NCBI GenBank assembly: GCA_030390025.1
Contig: CM059432.1
Location: forward strand, 46,874,001 to 46,938,000
Direction of reading: 5' to 3'
DNA from: Squalus acanthias
Taxonomy: Eukaryota
DNA: 64,000 nucleotides
Shown: piece by piece, positions 13,501 to 25,726 of the stretch
Numbering within the stretch: position 1 is the stretch's first letter
Layout: each line of letters begins with the position of its first letter
The notes under the pieces: model-generated
Seen by the model: only the letters and a program-made list of their open reading frames with translations
Databases searched by the model: none
What the model was told of the DNA's origin: nothing
Made by a program: the position numbers and the translations under genes

Positions 13501-14832
13501 TAGTTCATCCATGCGATCTCTAAATGTCTGCCATTGCCCTTCCACTGATAGCCCCTTAAATATCGCTTGCCAATTTAACCTCGCCAATTCACGCCTCATA
13601 CCCTCAAAGTTGCCCTTATTTAAGTTCTGGACCATGGTCTCTGATTTAACTGTTTCCTTCTCCATCCTAATGTAGAACTCCACCATACTATGGTCACTCT
13701 TCCCCAGGGGGCCTCGTACCACAAGATTGCTGATTAGTCCCTCCTCATTACACAACACCCAGTCCAGGATGGCCTCCCCTCGAGTTGGTTCCTCAACATA
13801 TTGGTTTAGGAAACCATCCCTTAAACACTCCAGGAAATCCTCCTCCACCGTATTGCTTCCAGTTTGAGTAGCCCAATCTATATGCATATTAAAGTCACCC
13901 ATGATAACTGCCGTGCCTTTTTTGCACGCACCTCTGATTTCCTGTTTCATACCCTCCCTATCACAGCGCACAAGTGAGCATCAGCAGATGGTGGAGACAG
14001 TGACAGCAGTGGAGAGTCCTCTGCGGACGTCGCAGGACTCTCCTAGCTCTGCTGAGCTGCATGTAGACGCTGTGCCTCTGGGGCCATCCAGAAAAAGAGC
14101 GGTTCGTGAAATACAAGAACAAGTGCAGGTGTCTCTGGAAGGGTTTGCCTCCAGGGTTAGTGCGAGTGTGGAGAGAATGGAGAAGTCCATCCCTAACATC
14201 AGCACTGCCGTGGTGGAGGCAATGGCGCATGAAAGCACCACCATGGATAGGATGGCAACCTCTGTGGAAAGGATGGCTACCTCAGTGGAAAGGATGGCTA
14301 CGGCCATGGAGGAAATAAGTCGCCAGAGTCAGGAAAACATGGTGACTGTTCAGAATAGAATGACATCTCTGGAGGAGCGATGGGCAGCTATTGAGCAGAG
14401 AGACCAGAGCTTCATGGATGTCCTGTTGAGGATGACAGATATGGGTCCTCATGATCCCCCTGAAGTGCAGCAAGGTGCTCTCCTGCCACTTGCCAGCACT
14501 GAGGTGCGGCTGACCCATGAGAGGGATGTTGTTGGCAGGACAGAAGGAAGTGTGGGCTCCTCTCAAAGCGCTCACATGACCATGCCACTGCGGAGCCCTC
14601 GGTCAGAGACCCACTTTCAGAGACAACTGAGATGGCCATTTCAGCCCCTGCACAGCCGCAGGAAGAGCAGACTGTTGAAGAGCCCTCCCAGGCTCCCAAA
14701 CCCAGAGGACGCCCGCCAAAGGTGTCTAAGCAGGTACAGCATCCTAGTCAGCAAGGTGCCTCTACATCTGCTGAAGCCACAGAGGAAGCACCACGTAGAA
14801 GCACCTGTAAGAGAAAGATTAAGCACCTATAG
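10529..14832 (+). pseudogene. Harbinger Myb/SANT-like DNA-binding protein gene (exons ~10529-10606, 10951-11110, 11250-11409 plus ~13958-14832)
   Basis: RSWIQCRRRFNDLVR|gtgagt; ttgcag|EKIAHRKRERAMTGGG; ccacag acceptor at 11249. C-terminal half resumes after the CR1 insertion; one frameshift near 14610. Confidence 0.8.
11410..13957 (-). mobile_element. Young 5'-truncated CR1 LINE; ORF2 intact except one frameshift in a C-run near 12630
   Basis: (agaaacat)n tail at 11410-11432; overlapping ORFs 12550-13971 and 11508-12662 give end of APE plus complete RT. Confidence 0.95.
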
Positions 14833-16153
14833 TCACAAGGGGACTCACTTGGGTGATCTTTCTTTTTTTTCTGACTCTTGCTCGTATATTATCCTTTTGT
14901 CGTGTGTTAAAGATAAATTATGTCAAACAGTTGATTGTGTGGCCTATGTGTTATGGGAAATGGCAAAAGCGCATTGAGGGCTCAGGGCTACTTGCATTTG
15001 TAATGCTGATGGTAAAAATGATAGGAAATAACAGGGTATAGCAGAGATGAAGTATGACGTTGGACAAGTGTCGCCTGCAATTACATAGCCATATGGTGGC
15101 CACCTATGGTTGAAGAGTAAGCTTATGCTAGTGTGGCATGGCAGTGTGCATACCCTGGTTGACGGGCAGCAGTGAACTGGAGGGATGCTGCATTGGTCAC
15201 AACAGGGCATGCAGGGCTCCCCTCGTCCTCCTCCTACTCCTCTTCCCAGGAATATCTGTGCTGAGCCAGGCGGCTGCTACTCGCCCGATTATGAGGACCA
15301 GGATGAGAGGGCATAAATGTTTCCCATCCCTTTGCTATAGATTTCATGTGAGGTAACAATCTTGCAAGCGCACAGTGGAAGTGGCCTGAAATTATTCCAT
15401 TCATGACACACTGCAGATGGGTGTCAGCTTGAACAGTCAGAAGGTCAGTAGATGTGCAAAATGTTATCCCATACCTACAACCGCAAAGTTGTTGCATTTG
15501 AATGTCAGCCATGTTTCAGGGGCGCTTTAAAGCGCTCCACCAATGCATACAAATCATGTCCTCCAGCAACTCATCTCCTTGAACCTAGTCTGTTTCTGAC
15601 AAGTTGGGAAACAGGAGCCAGAAGCATGAAAATGGGACATCACTGTGAAAATAGGATTAGCAAGGCAGTTAACCTGTCCCACCGGTTGAGATGGGCCAGT
15701 TTGGGAAGCAGCTAAACAGACACTCACGAAAATCGGGTGGGGGCGGGATGGAGATGGGTTGGGTGTCTGAAGCCAATTTTCCTGATTTTCCCAACAGACT
15801 CGCCTCCTCAGGGCAATTAAAATCGAGCACAAAGAGTCTGCAAAGGGATATAGATAGACTGAGTGAGGGGGAAGTAAGGTGGCAGATGGAGTATAATGTA
15901 AGGAAATATGAGGTTATTCACTTTGGTAGGAAGAACAGAAAAACAAAATATTTTTTAAATGGTGAGAAACTTTTAAATGTTGGTGTTCAGAGAGATTTGG
16001 GTGTCCTCGTGCAAGAAACAGAAAGCTAGCATGCAGGTACAGCAAGCAATAAGGAAAGCAAATGGCATGTTGGCCTTTATTGCAAGGGGGTTGGAGTATA
16101 AGAGTAAGGAAGTCTTGCTACAATTGTACAGGGCCTTGGTGAGACCACACCTG

Positions 16154-16846
16154 TGGGGAAAAATTTGGTTGCTTTGCGCATCCCGTTAGCACCCGGGCGC
16201 GGCGCCGCTATCGCCTCCCACAAAATTCAGCGGGAGCTTAGCGGCAGCAGTAGCTGGTAGTGCCCTGCGGCGCTGCGTCTCTGGCGATGACATCATCGCC
16301 GTGCACAGCGCCCCACTCGCGCCCTGACCGCAAACTTGGCTCGCGCCCCTTGACCTACCGCCGGACGCCATGTCTGACAGGGTCAGGGTGGCGGTTTTGC
16401 GGCCGGGGTGGCATAAATTAAAGGCCAGGTGCCGGGCGGCCATTTTTTGGGGCCGCCTGCCAGCACCTGCCCCCTCCCACCTCCTCTTGCGGGGTGTCGG
16501 CCGCGATCGGGCAGTCTGGCACTCAAGAGGCTCTTTTACTGGCACCCCACTCCCCCCTCCAGTGGTCCAGCAGGGCCCCGTGCGCTCTACGCTAGGTCCC
16601 TACTCTTTAATCAGCGGTGAGGCCTGCAGTACCACGGCGCTACGTGCCTGACGCGCATGGCGCTGCTGCACACAGCGCCGCGATATTGAATGGGAGCGCC
16701 CCAAGAAGGAGGGGGAGCTCTTCCTGTAGCGCCCCGCCTCCTGCTTGGGGCGCTACTATTCCAATTTCGGGCATGGGGGCACTAACATTTTCGGGGCGCT
16801 AAATGTAGTTATCACCCCAAAGAGGGCATGAGCCAATTTGTGCCCC
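16154..16846. mobile_element. Harbinger MITE, same family as 173-856, opposite orientation
   Basis: Termini tggggaaaaattt...aatttgtgcccc; flanks CTG/CTA; splits the CR1 codons RPHL|EYC. Confidence 0.85.
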
Positions 16847-17896
16847 CTAGAGTACTGTGCACAGTTTTGGTCTCCTTATCTAAGGAACGATACAGTTGCC
16901 TTAGAGGCTGGTGCAATGAAGGTTCACTAGATTGATTCCTGAGATGATAGGGTTGTCCTGTGAGGAGAGATTGAGTAGATTGGGCCAATACTCTCTGGAG
17001 TTTAGAAGAATGAGAGGTGATCTCATTGAAACATACAAGATTCTGAAGGGGATTGACAGGGTAGATGCTGAGAGGTTGTTTCCCCTGGCTGGAGTGTCTA
17101 GAACTAGGGGGCATAGTCTCAGGATAGGCGGTAGGCCATTTAAGACCGAGATGAGGAGGAATTTCTTCACTCAGAGGGTTGTGAATCTTTGGAATTCTCT
17201 GCTGTGGATATTTTGAGAATATTCAAGGCTGAGATAGATAGATTTTGGACTCTCGGGGAATCAAGGGATATGGAGATCGGGCAGGAAGGTGGAGTTGAGG
17301 TGGATGATCAACAGTGATCTGATTGAATGGCGAAGCAGGCTCGAGGGGCCGTATGGCCTACTCCTGCTCCTATTTCTTATGTTCTTATGTCATGCCGACA
17401 GTTCCCAATGAAAAGTTCAAGAGAGGGTAAGAGGCCAGGCGGAGGAGTCCAGATGGAACGAGAATTTTGAAGATGGGAGAAAGGGTCCACTGTATGGGAT
17501 GGGTGAGACTCCTGGTCAATGAAGTTGGCACGGAGACAAAGGCGACAGAGAAGAGCTCAGCATCATGCCAAGCTCAAAATTCATTGAAGTGGGGCATAAG
17601 GGGATGAAGCTGAGGCCTTGGCTCAGACTGTTCAGGGTCAGAGAGGGTAAGGTCAGAGGGGATAGTGAAAACACAGCAAAGGGTGAGATTGGAATGAGGG
17701 ATGTGGTCAGAGGAAAGTGAAAGGGAAGAAAGATCCAGAGAGCCGTTGGTATCTAAGAGTTGTTGAAGCTTGCGGTAATGATTGGCAGCCACTAACAATT
17801 ATCACTTCGTTAAAAGGGTACGTACGCTGTTAATTACTAGACTGAACTTTCCGTGGTGAGTTTAATGGGCAATTAATGTGCAAACACAGCAACTTC

Positions 17897-19033
17897 ATGG
17901 GGTTGGGGGTAATATATTAGCATGGATAGAGGATTGGCTAACTAACAGGAAACAGAGAGTCGGGATAAATGGGTCATTTTCAGGTTGGCAAACTGTAACT
18001 AGTGAGGAGCCACAGGGATCAGTGCTGGGGCCTCAGCTGTTTACAATCTATATTAATGTCTTGGATGAAGGGACCGAGTGTAATGTAGCCAAATTTGCTG
18101 ATGATACAAAGATAGGTGGGAAAGCAAGTTGTGAAGAGGACACAAAGAATCTGCAGTGGGATATAGATAGGTTAAGTGAGTGGGCAAAAATTTGGCAGAT
18201 GGGGTATAATGTGGGAAAATGTGAGGTTATCCACATTGGTAGGAAAAATAAAAAAGCAAATTATTATTTAAATGGAGAGAGACTACATAATGCTGCGTTA
18301 CAGAGGAATCTGGGGGTCCTTGTACATGAAACACAAAAAGTTAGCATGCAGATGCAGCAAATAATTAGGAAGGCAAATGGAATGTTGGCCTTTATTGCAA
18401 GGGGGATGGAGTATAAAAGTAGGGAAGTCTTGCTACAACTGTACAGGGCGTTGGTGAGACCACACCTGAAGTACTGCGTACAGTTTTGGTCTCCTTATTT
18501 AAGGAGGGATATACTTGCATTGGAGGCAGTTCAGAGAAGGTTCATAAGGTTGATTCCTGAGATGAAGTGGTTGTCTTATGAAGAAAGGTTGAGCAGGTTG
18601 GGCCGATACTCATTGGAGTTTAGAAGAATGAGAGGTGATCTTACTGAAACGTATAAGATTCTGAGGGGGCTTGACAGGGTAGATGCAGAGAGGATGTTTC
18701 CCCTTGTGGGGTAATCTAGAACAAGGGGGCATAGTTTCAGAATAAGGGTCACCCATTTAAAACAGAGATGAGGAGGAATTTCTTCTCTCAAAGGGTCGTG
18801 AATCTTTGGAATTCTCTACCCAGAGAGCTGTGGAGGCTGGGTCGTTGAATATATTTAAGGTGGAGATAGACAGATTTTTGAACGATAAGCAAGTCAAGGG
18901 TTATGGGGAGCAGGCGAGAAAGTGGAGTTGAGGCCAAGACTAGATCAGCCATGATCTTATTGAATGGCGGAGCAGGCTCGAGGGGCCAAATGGCCTACTC
19001 CTGCTCCTATTTCTTATGTTCTTATGTTCTTAT
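17897..19033 (+). mobile_element. 5'-truncated CR1 LINE
   Basis: 278-aa RT C-terminal ORF (PQGSVLGPQLF, KFADD); tail (ttcttatg)3. Confidence 0.93.
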
Positions 19034-19296
19034 GACAATCACAGGGAGGTTAAACGCGAGATGCTATTTTCGCGAAGCTAATAGCAGAGTGGTGCAAATC
19101 AGCCTGTAACTTGTGGCGATTCACAATTCACAGGGTATCTCTTCCTCGCTACAAGTTGCTGGCCGAGATGTGTATTAATAACAGCGTGTGTCGTTCAGAC
19201 TCCATTATTTTTTCAGCAAAATCTGACACAGTATTGAGAGGAAGAGAAGGTCGGCAAACAGGACACCCTTTTGGATGCTAGGGAGTTGAAGTATGA

Positions 19297-19900
19297 CCAT
19301 AGACTCATCGAATAGAATCATAGACTCATAGCATGATACAGCACAGAAGCAGGCCATTCTGCCCATCATGCCTGTGACAGCTCTTTAGTAGAGCTATTCA
19401 ATTAATCCCACTCCCCTGCTATTTCCCCATAGCCCTGTCATTTTTTTCCCTTCAAGTATCTGTCTAATTCTTTTTTGAATGTTACTATTGAATCTGCTTC
19501 CAACACCCTTTCAGGCAATGCATCCCAGATCACAACTCGCTGTGTAAAAAATGTTTCCTCATGTCGCTTCTGATTCTTTTGCCAATCACCTTAAATCTGT
19601 GCACTCTGGTTAATGACCCTTCTTCCACTGGAAACAGTTTCTTCTTATTTACTCTATCAAAACCCTTCATGATTTTGAACATCTCTATCAAATCTCCTCT
19701 TAACCTTCTCTGCTCCAAGTAGAATAACCCTAGATTTTCCAGTCTCTCCACATAACTGAAGTCCGTCATTCCTGGTACCATTTTAGCGAATCTCTTCTGC
19801 ACCCTCTCCAAGGCCTGGACATACTTCCTGAAGTGTGGTGCCTATAATTGAACACAATACTCTATCTGAGGCCTAACCAGTGTTTTATGAAGGTTTAGGA
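19297..19900 (-). mobile_element. CR1 3' fragment
   Basis: ORF 19530-19811 (ERVQKRF...RRLRGDLIE); catagact/catagc tail repeats. Confidence 0.85.
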
Positions 19901-20543
19901 GGAATTACTTAGACATTACAACACAGAAACAGGCCGGTCAGCATAACCAATTCCATGTTGGTGTTTAACTTCTACACGAACTGTAGTCCAAGTTTCATGT
20001 ACCCCCTTTGTTCCCATATCTCTTTATCCTCCCCTTTCCGCCCATCAACTATCCAGCCTATTCTTAAATGTTGAGATGGTCTCTGCTTCAATCATTAACT
20101 TTGGTACTGCAATCCATAGCCCCACAAGTTTCTCCTGCTCTCTGTCCTAAATCTCTTACATTTAATATTATATCTATGTCCTTTCATTCTAAATGCCACT
20201 ATCACTGGAAAATATCACAGATCACCCTAATCTATGATCTGAAATGGTTGGTCACCTCTCACAAACCAACTTTACGTAGAAGTGGAGTCTTTTGCTTTTC
20301 GCCAGAGCTTTGAAGTAATGCCCTCTGTAACAACCGAGGGTCACCTCATAGCAGTTAACTTCTAATTACCCAATCCTGGTTAACCAGTTCATTCAAAAAG
20401 TATTTTTTCTCATGAGCAGAGCTCTGCAGCACACTAAGTTAGAACATTGTCCTTTCATCCCCAGGATTTAGGTTTGATCTGGGCTAAAGGGATGCACAGT
20501 TTATATGATTCCTGTTTGGACAGTCTCAATCCAACTTCTATTA

Positions 20544-21578
20544 TGATGCGGAGATGCCGGTGTTGGACTGGGGTGGACAAAAATGAGAAGTCGCACAACA
20601 CCAGGTTATAGTCCAACAGTTTTATTTGAAATCACAAGCTTTCGGAGCTGTTGCTCCTTCGTCGGGTGAAGTAAAGAGATACAGAATCGCCAAAGCATAT
20701 ATAGATAGAGAACAATGCATGTGTACCTTACAATGGTAGACGACTAAATTTAATCATCCTGACTGTTTATCTGCCGAGGTGTGACAAAAGGCAATCAGGT
20801 CAGCCAGGAAGGTCCCACATCAAAGACATAGCAAGATACAACTGAGACAATGAGGTGAAGTTACAGGGGGTCTAACGTGTCAAAAGCTGCAGTCAGTATG
20901 TAAAACGATAAACTTTAAAATGTTTACTTTTTTACTGGGAATCACATTTGTGAACAAGCCAACGATGACTCGAGTCTGGATCACGTCATGTATCGTGACA
21001 TAAACCCAAGATCCCGGTTGAGACCGTCCTCATGAGTGCGGAACTTGGCTATCAGTTTCTGCTCGATGATTTTGCGTTGTCGTGTGTTTCTAAGGCCGCC
21101 TTGGAGAACGCTTACCCGCAGATCCGAGGCTGAATGTCCTTGACTGCCGGGATCTTGGGTTTATGTCACGATACATGACGTGATCCAGACTCGAGTCATC
21201 GTTGGCTTGTTCACAGATGTGATTCCCAGTAAAAAAGTAAAATTTTTAAAGTTTATCGTTTTACATACTGACTGCAGCTTTTGACACGTTAGACCCCCTG
21301 TAACTCCACCTCATTGTCTCAGTTGTATCTTGCTATGTCTTTGATGTGGGACCTTCCTGGCTGACCTGATTGCCTTTTGTCACACCTCGGCAGATAAACA
21401 GTCAGGATGATTAAATTTAGTCGTCTACCATTGTAAGGTACACATGCATTGTTCTCTATCTATATATGCTTTGGCGATTCTGTATCTCTTTACTTCACCC
21501 GACGAAGAAGCAACAGCTCCGAAAGCTTGTGATTTCAAATAAAACTGTTGGACTATAACCTGGTGTTGTGCGACTTCT
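20544..21578. mobile_element. Penelope-family (B) 1-kb fold-back insertion
   Basis: About 433-bp near-perfect inverted arms (20585-21017 and 21147-21579); the spacer matches the GIY-YIG C-terminal coding sequence; 12-bp TSD caacttctatta. Confidence 0.92.
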
Positions 21579-22159
21579 CAACTTCTATTAGGTATGGTTC
21601 TGTGGCACAAAACTGTTCTTAAAACTGCACCTCATTAACACTGACCATGTCAACTAATTGTAATTTGCTACAAACATATAACACAAATTGTGGGAAGAAT
21701 AGTGCATTATTTGTATGCTTTAGAATTTAATTCTTAGCATAGGACAAATTTAAAATAATTAAAAAAAACAATTGGTTACTTTTACTAAATTAGTGAGTTT
21801 TTTAAATCAGTACTTAAAGAATAACTGTCACGCTACTCATTTTTGTAATACTGATACTTACAGCTTTCTAAGTATCCTAATTAGAGTTTTAACCTTTTGC
21901 TTGAAATGATGAGTTGTATCCTCCACATTTTTCTTGTCCTGTAGTTTCTCCAGATAACCAGGAACATCTTTTACTGATTCACTTATATATGATTTCTTGT
22001 GTGACTTGCTGTTTAAAAAAAGCATAAAATTATAGGCAAAAATATTTTTTTTTGCTTAAAATGTTACCTGCAGTTTAATGAGTTTTCTAATTTGAGATGC
22101 ATTTGATACATCTGGTAAGAAGCATATTCCATTACTTGCAAACTGCTTTACAAGTCTTG

Positions 22160-22520
22160 AGACTTGAGCACGCAATCCAGGCTGACACTTCAGTGCAGTA
22201 CTGAGGGAGCGCTGCACTGTTGGAACTGAAGTCTTTTGGTTGAAATGTTAAACGTAGGCCCTGTCTGCTCTCTCAGGTGGACGTGGCACTATTTTGAAGA
22301 AGAGCAGGGGTGTTCTCCCTGGTGTCTTTTGCCATATTTATCCCTCAACCAACATCACTAAAACAGATTATTTTGTCATTATTTCATTGCTAATTGTCAG
22401 ACCTGTGTGGAAATTGGCTGCTACGTTTCTTACATTACAACAGTGACTACACTTCAAAAGTACTTCATTGGCTTTGGGACATCCTGAGGTCAGGAAATGC
22501 GCTATATAAATACAAGTTCT
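22160..22520 (+). mobile_element. DeuSINE-type SINE (SacSINE1-like), partial
   Basis: Core cagtgcagtactgagggag...gtctgctctctcaggtggacgt; L2-like tail gcgctatataaatacaagt. Confidence 0.75.
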
Positions 22521-22544
22521 TCTTTTACTTTCAATTTACTATGA

Positions 22545-22685
22545 ACAAAAAGCAAAATATTGCAAATGCTGGAAATGTAAAACAAAAACAGAACACTGGA
22601 GACGCTCAGCATATCAGGTAGCATCCATCGACGAAACATGAGTTAGTTGATGTTTGAGGTATAAACCCTTCCTCAGAACTTGAAA
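22545..22685 (-). mobile_element. Old Penelope family A 3'-end fragment
   Basis: Diverged match to the terminus seen at 46415-46722. Confidence 0.65.
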
Positions 22686-22844
22686 AATGATACATATTCC
22701 CACTGCTCAATCTGCATTGCCCACTTTTTGCCCTATACCAGCACTTGCAACCCTGCCATGACTGAAACCAACAAACGGTGCCCAAACAAATGGGCAAAAT
22801 CATATGGTAAATCATGCACATTGTTGTAGCCTATTAACAAAATA

Positions 22845-22942
22845 GTTCTGACGAAAGATCATCGATCTGAAACGTTAACTCTGTTTCTCTTTCCACAGAT
22901 GCTGCCTGACCTGCTGAGTATTTCCAGCATATTCTGCTTTTA
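22845..22942 (+). mobile_element. ~98-bp Penelope family A micro-insertion: hammerhead motif plus 3' tail
   Basis: gttCTGACGAaagatcatcgatctGAAAcgttaact...; 10-bp TSD taacaaaata (22835-22844 and 22943-22952). Confidence 0.85.
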
Positions 22943-23163
22943 TAACAAAATAATAAAGCTGTTTTTCGGCATACATTTATACTTTTTGAGCCTGGAAATT
23001 ACTTTCGGCAATACTCATGGATAAACAAAGAGTGCAAGAGGACCCTGATCAGCAAACTTCCTGTGTAATTACACATTGTGGATGTCTGACAGTCTGATAC
23101 AATCATAGAGGAAACGTATTTGATTTACTTTGTTCCTGGGTGAAATTTCAAGAGTTGTAGAGT

Positions 23164-23206
23164 CTATCTTGAGCAGACCTTCTCCATTTTCGCAGTCCTG
23201 AAGCCA
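23164..23206 (-). CDS. Host gene exon 4 (terminal coding part): (S)GFRTAKMEKVCSR*
   Basis: Acceptor ttttttctccag; phase 2 matches exon 3; lies in unique, non-repeat sequence. Confidence 0.65.
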
Positions 23207-23436
23207 CTGGAGAAAAAAGGGCAGGAGGCTCTATGCAAAGTTAGCAGCAAACCCCCACAGAAAGTTATGATCAGATTCACGGTCCAAGTTTACATTTAGT
23301 GCAGGAATGCAACCATTTATTATTTTCTGTATTTTGAGGATGTCATGCTCAGTACATTAATGTAAATCTTATGTTTGCCCTTACTATTGCTTTCTTACCC
23401 AATTAATAAATTAATTGAGACTATTTCAATGTTCTC

Positions 23437-23810
23437 TTGGCCAGCTTCACTTTTTCCACCCTCCATAAACTTAACCTTCTCCAGTCCTACAACCCTCCGA
23501 GATATCTGCACTCCTCCAATTCTGGCCTCTTACGTATCCCCGATTTTAATCGCTCCACCATTGGCGTCCGTGCCCTCAGCTGCGAAGCCCTAAGCTCTGG
23601 AATTTCCTCCCTAAACCTCTCCGCCTCTCTCCCTCTCTTTCCTCCTTTAAGATGCTCCTTAAAACCTACCTCTTTGACCAAGCTTTTGGTCATCTGCCCT
23701 AACATCATCTTAGGTGGCTCGGTGTCAAATTTTGTTTGATAACATCCCTGTGAAGAGCCTTGAGACGTCTTACTACATTAGGGGCGGTGTATAAATTAAG
23801 CTGTTGTAGC
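23437..23810 (+). mobile_element. L2 LINE 3' fragment
   Basis: PPRYLHSSNSGLLRIP...LKPTSL; tail ctactacattaggggcggtgtataaat. Confidence 0.8.
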
Positions 23811-24915
23811 ACAAATTTAACATGCTACCCTGGGACCATGTGAACACTAGAGTGCAGTGCACACCCATTTGCGGGTGCAATTGAATTTCGAGGCTGATGG
23901 CTTTGGCCTTCCCAATGTTTAACTGGAGGAGATAGTACCTCGTCCAAGACTGGATGGTAGACCAGCAGTCTGACAACACAAAGGAGTGGTCAAGAGAGGT
24001 TCCGCACCCACCATCATCCCGCCTCCACACAACCTTCCTGAGTGTCGGGTCCCCGATTTGCGAATGGACCCGACAACCAGCGGCGGGAAACGGATTAAAG
24101 GCAATTAACTGCCTATTAACAGGTACTTGTGAGCAGTTTTCAGGGTCTTTTTTGATTTTCCAGCTTCTGGGTCAGGTTTTACGATGTCCGGACAACACGC
24201 CAGGTAAGTGTGGCATGTTGTAAGTCTGGTCTGATGTTTGTGAAAAGATGACAGCTGCAGAAGTGGTGTCAAGGATGCCATGTTGCACATGGTGAGTTTC
24301 AGAGCAGAGAAAATGTTGGTTACTGCATTTTTAATGCATAAACAGATATCTTTAGCTTACAAGTTTTTAAATCCAACTGTATGTCCAGTGCCAGCTCATT
24401 GGGAGAACCTCTCTCACCAGTGACAGATCGCTTCTGTCATCTCACCTGCAGCTGCCATCTATTCCAGCAATAATCGGAGCCAATGAAACAATCAGACCTT
24501 GGTCCTCCGAATCCTTCCACAATCATCCCCAACACCAACATCACCAACCTCATCACCAACCTTCGCCGCCATCACCTGATGCTGCACTGGACACAGGGCA
24601 TCAGCCGCTGACAAAATTGCTGGCCAGGAAGCCAGCGATGGCATCACCATGGCCAGACTTTCTTCACTTGATGCTGTAAATCCTGGCTGCCACATGATGC
24701 GCCAGGTTGACACCATCCCACACCAGCACCGTGAAGCATCCCTTTAATGTCCAAGCCATTCATACACACACATCACTATAGCGGGGCGGGGGGGGGGGGG
24801 GGGTGAGTTATGACTGAACAATCACTGGAACTCAGTAAGACACTTCTCAATGTGTGCTCAGATCTGTCCAATAAGGGGCACTTTTGTAAAAAGAGATTTC
24901 ACTGTATGACAACAC

Positions 24916-25661
24916 GGGGCGATTTTGCCAGCCCTGGGGAGGTTGGTATGGAGGTGGGACTGCCACGAAAATGGCAGAATTTGGGGGTGGGTGCCCAACC
25001 CGCCTCCATGCCATCTTGCCAGGAGGCGGGTAGCCGTCCCGCGCCGGGTCCCGTCTCCTTGGAGGCGGGAAAGGATTAAAGTCTATTAACTGCCTGTTAA
25101 CAGGTAGTTAACAGGCAGAAAATAGGATTATCCCCTTTTTGCCCTCACAAGTGCGGGCTTCCCGAAGGCTCCGAAACACGCCAGGTCAGCGAGGCGAGTA
25201 CTGGGTCTGCGGGGGTCGAGGGGGTGCAAAAGTGTGCTGTGAAGGTAAGTGATGGGTGCAAGAGTGGAGAGGTGAGTATCTGAGTGTTAGTAAAAGTGTA
25301 CTTACCTTTGTTTCTTCCTGCAGGCTTCAGTCGGTGGGTATGCGGAGAGTCTCGCACCTCCGCGGCAGAGATGACAGATGGCCGTTGCATTCTCCAATGC
25401 AACAACCATCTCATTTCTGCAAAAGAAAGAGGTTTGATGAGGTCTTGAATTCAAGACCTCATCAATCTACAGAGAATGTCACTGTTTGACAGCTTCACAG
25501 AGCTGTCAAACGATGACAATTCATCTGTCAAAAGTTTTTGATAGATGAAACGTCATACGTTGACGTTCTCTGCAACCGGCTTTCCCTTAATTGGCCTGCT
25601 AAGCCCGCTGGACAAGTGGGAGTCCCGCCTCCAAAAGCTCCCCATTGAGAAAATCACCCCC
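24916..25661. mobile_element. Harbinger-type MITE
   Basis: TIRs ggggcgatttt / aaaatcacccc; probable TSD CAC. Confidence 0.65.
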
Positions 25662-25726
25662 CACATTACCAGAAACTTCACATGGACATTGGCTAAACCT
25701 CTCAAGTGCCCACCCTTGTGTGTTGT

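Larger units (their letters stand above)
10299..15830. mobile_element. Harbinger transposon retaining the Myb/SANT gene, transposase largely deleted, interrupted by a CR1
   Basis: TIRs gggcttgattttaatt / aattaaaatcgagcac; 3-bp TSD AAA; splits the host CR1 RT at SCEE..K|SLQRDIDRL. Confidence 0.88.
7221..17390 (+). mobile_element. Near full-length degraded CR1 LINE (ORF1 + ORF2), interrupted by a Harbinger (10299-15830) and a MITE (16154-16846)
   Basis: ORF1, then APE (LYLNARSIRNK, AITETWL, VVYRPP, GDFN), then RT; 3' tail ttcttatgttcttatgt at about 17374-17390. RT reading resumes across both insertions. Confidence 0.93.
5038..17778 (-). mobile_element. Penelope-like retroelement (family A), degraded RT plus GIY-YIG, split by a CR1 (pieces 5038-7220 and 17391-17778)
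   Basis: ORF fragments VQSLYTSIPH, QIKGVAMGT, RVPLVLTFHP, AFRRDCSLRDTLVHS, CKRRRCNTC, NLVYCIRCS; 9-bp TSD tgattggca (5029-5037 and 17779-17787). Confidence 0.88.
4586..19229. mobile_element. Old MITE split into three pieces (4586-5037, 17779-17896, 19034-19229) by nested insertions
   Basis: TIRs gggccagattttgctg / cagcaaaatctgacac. The pieces are colinear with an uninterrupted reverse copy at about 51700-52415. Confidence 0.75.

Noticed and set aside
2879..13675. Many ORFs such as PPILVSSANL..GPSTDPCGTPLVT and ATLQSSGT
   Set aside because: They are antisense shadows of CR1 RT frames.
13901..14977. 358-aa ORF as a standalone novel protein
   Set aside because: It is a chimera of antisense CR1 5' end and exon 3 of the Harbinger Myb gene, with a frameshifted tail.
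1294..21578. Palindromes as CRISPR arrays, pre-miRNAs or DNA-transposon MITEs
   Set aside because: There is no repeat-spacer array and no cas genes. The arms are Penelope 3' ends, with GIY-YIG coding sequence and 12-bp TSDs.
23129..23206. Alternative phase-0 reading WLQDCENGEGLLKIDSTTLEISPRNK with a gtaaat donor
   Set aside because: Its phase is incompatible with the upstream exon (phase 2) and the donor is weak. It cannot be fully excluded.
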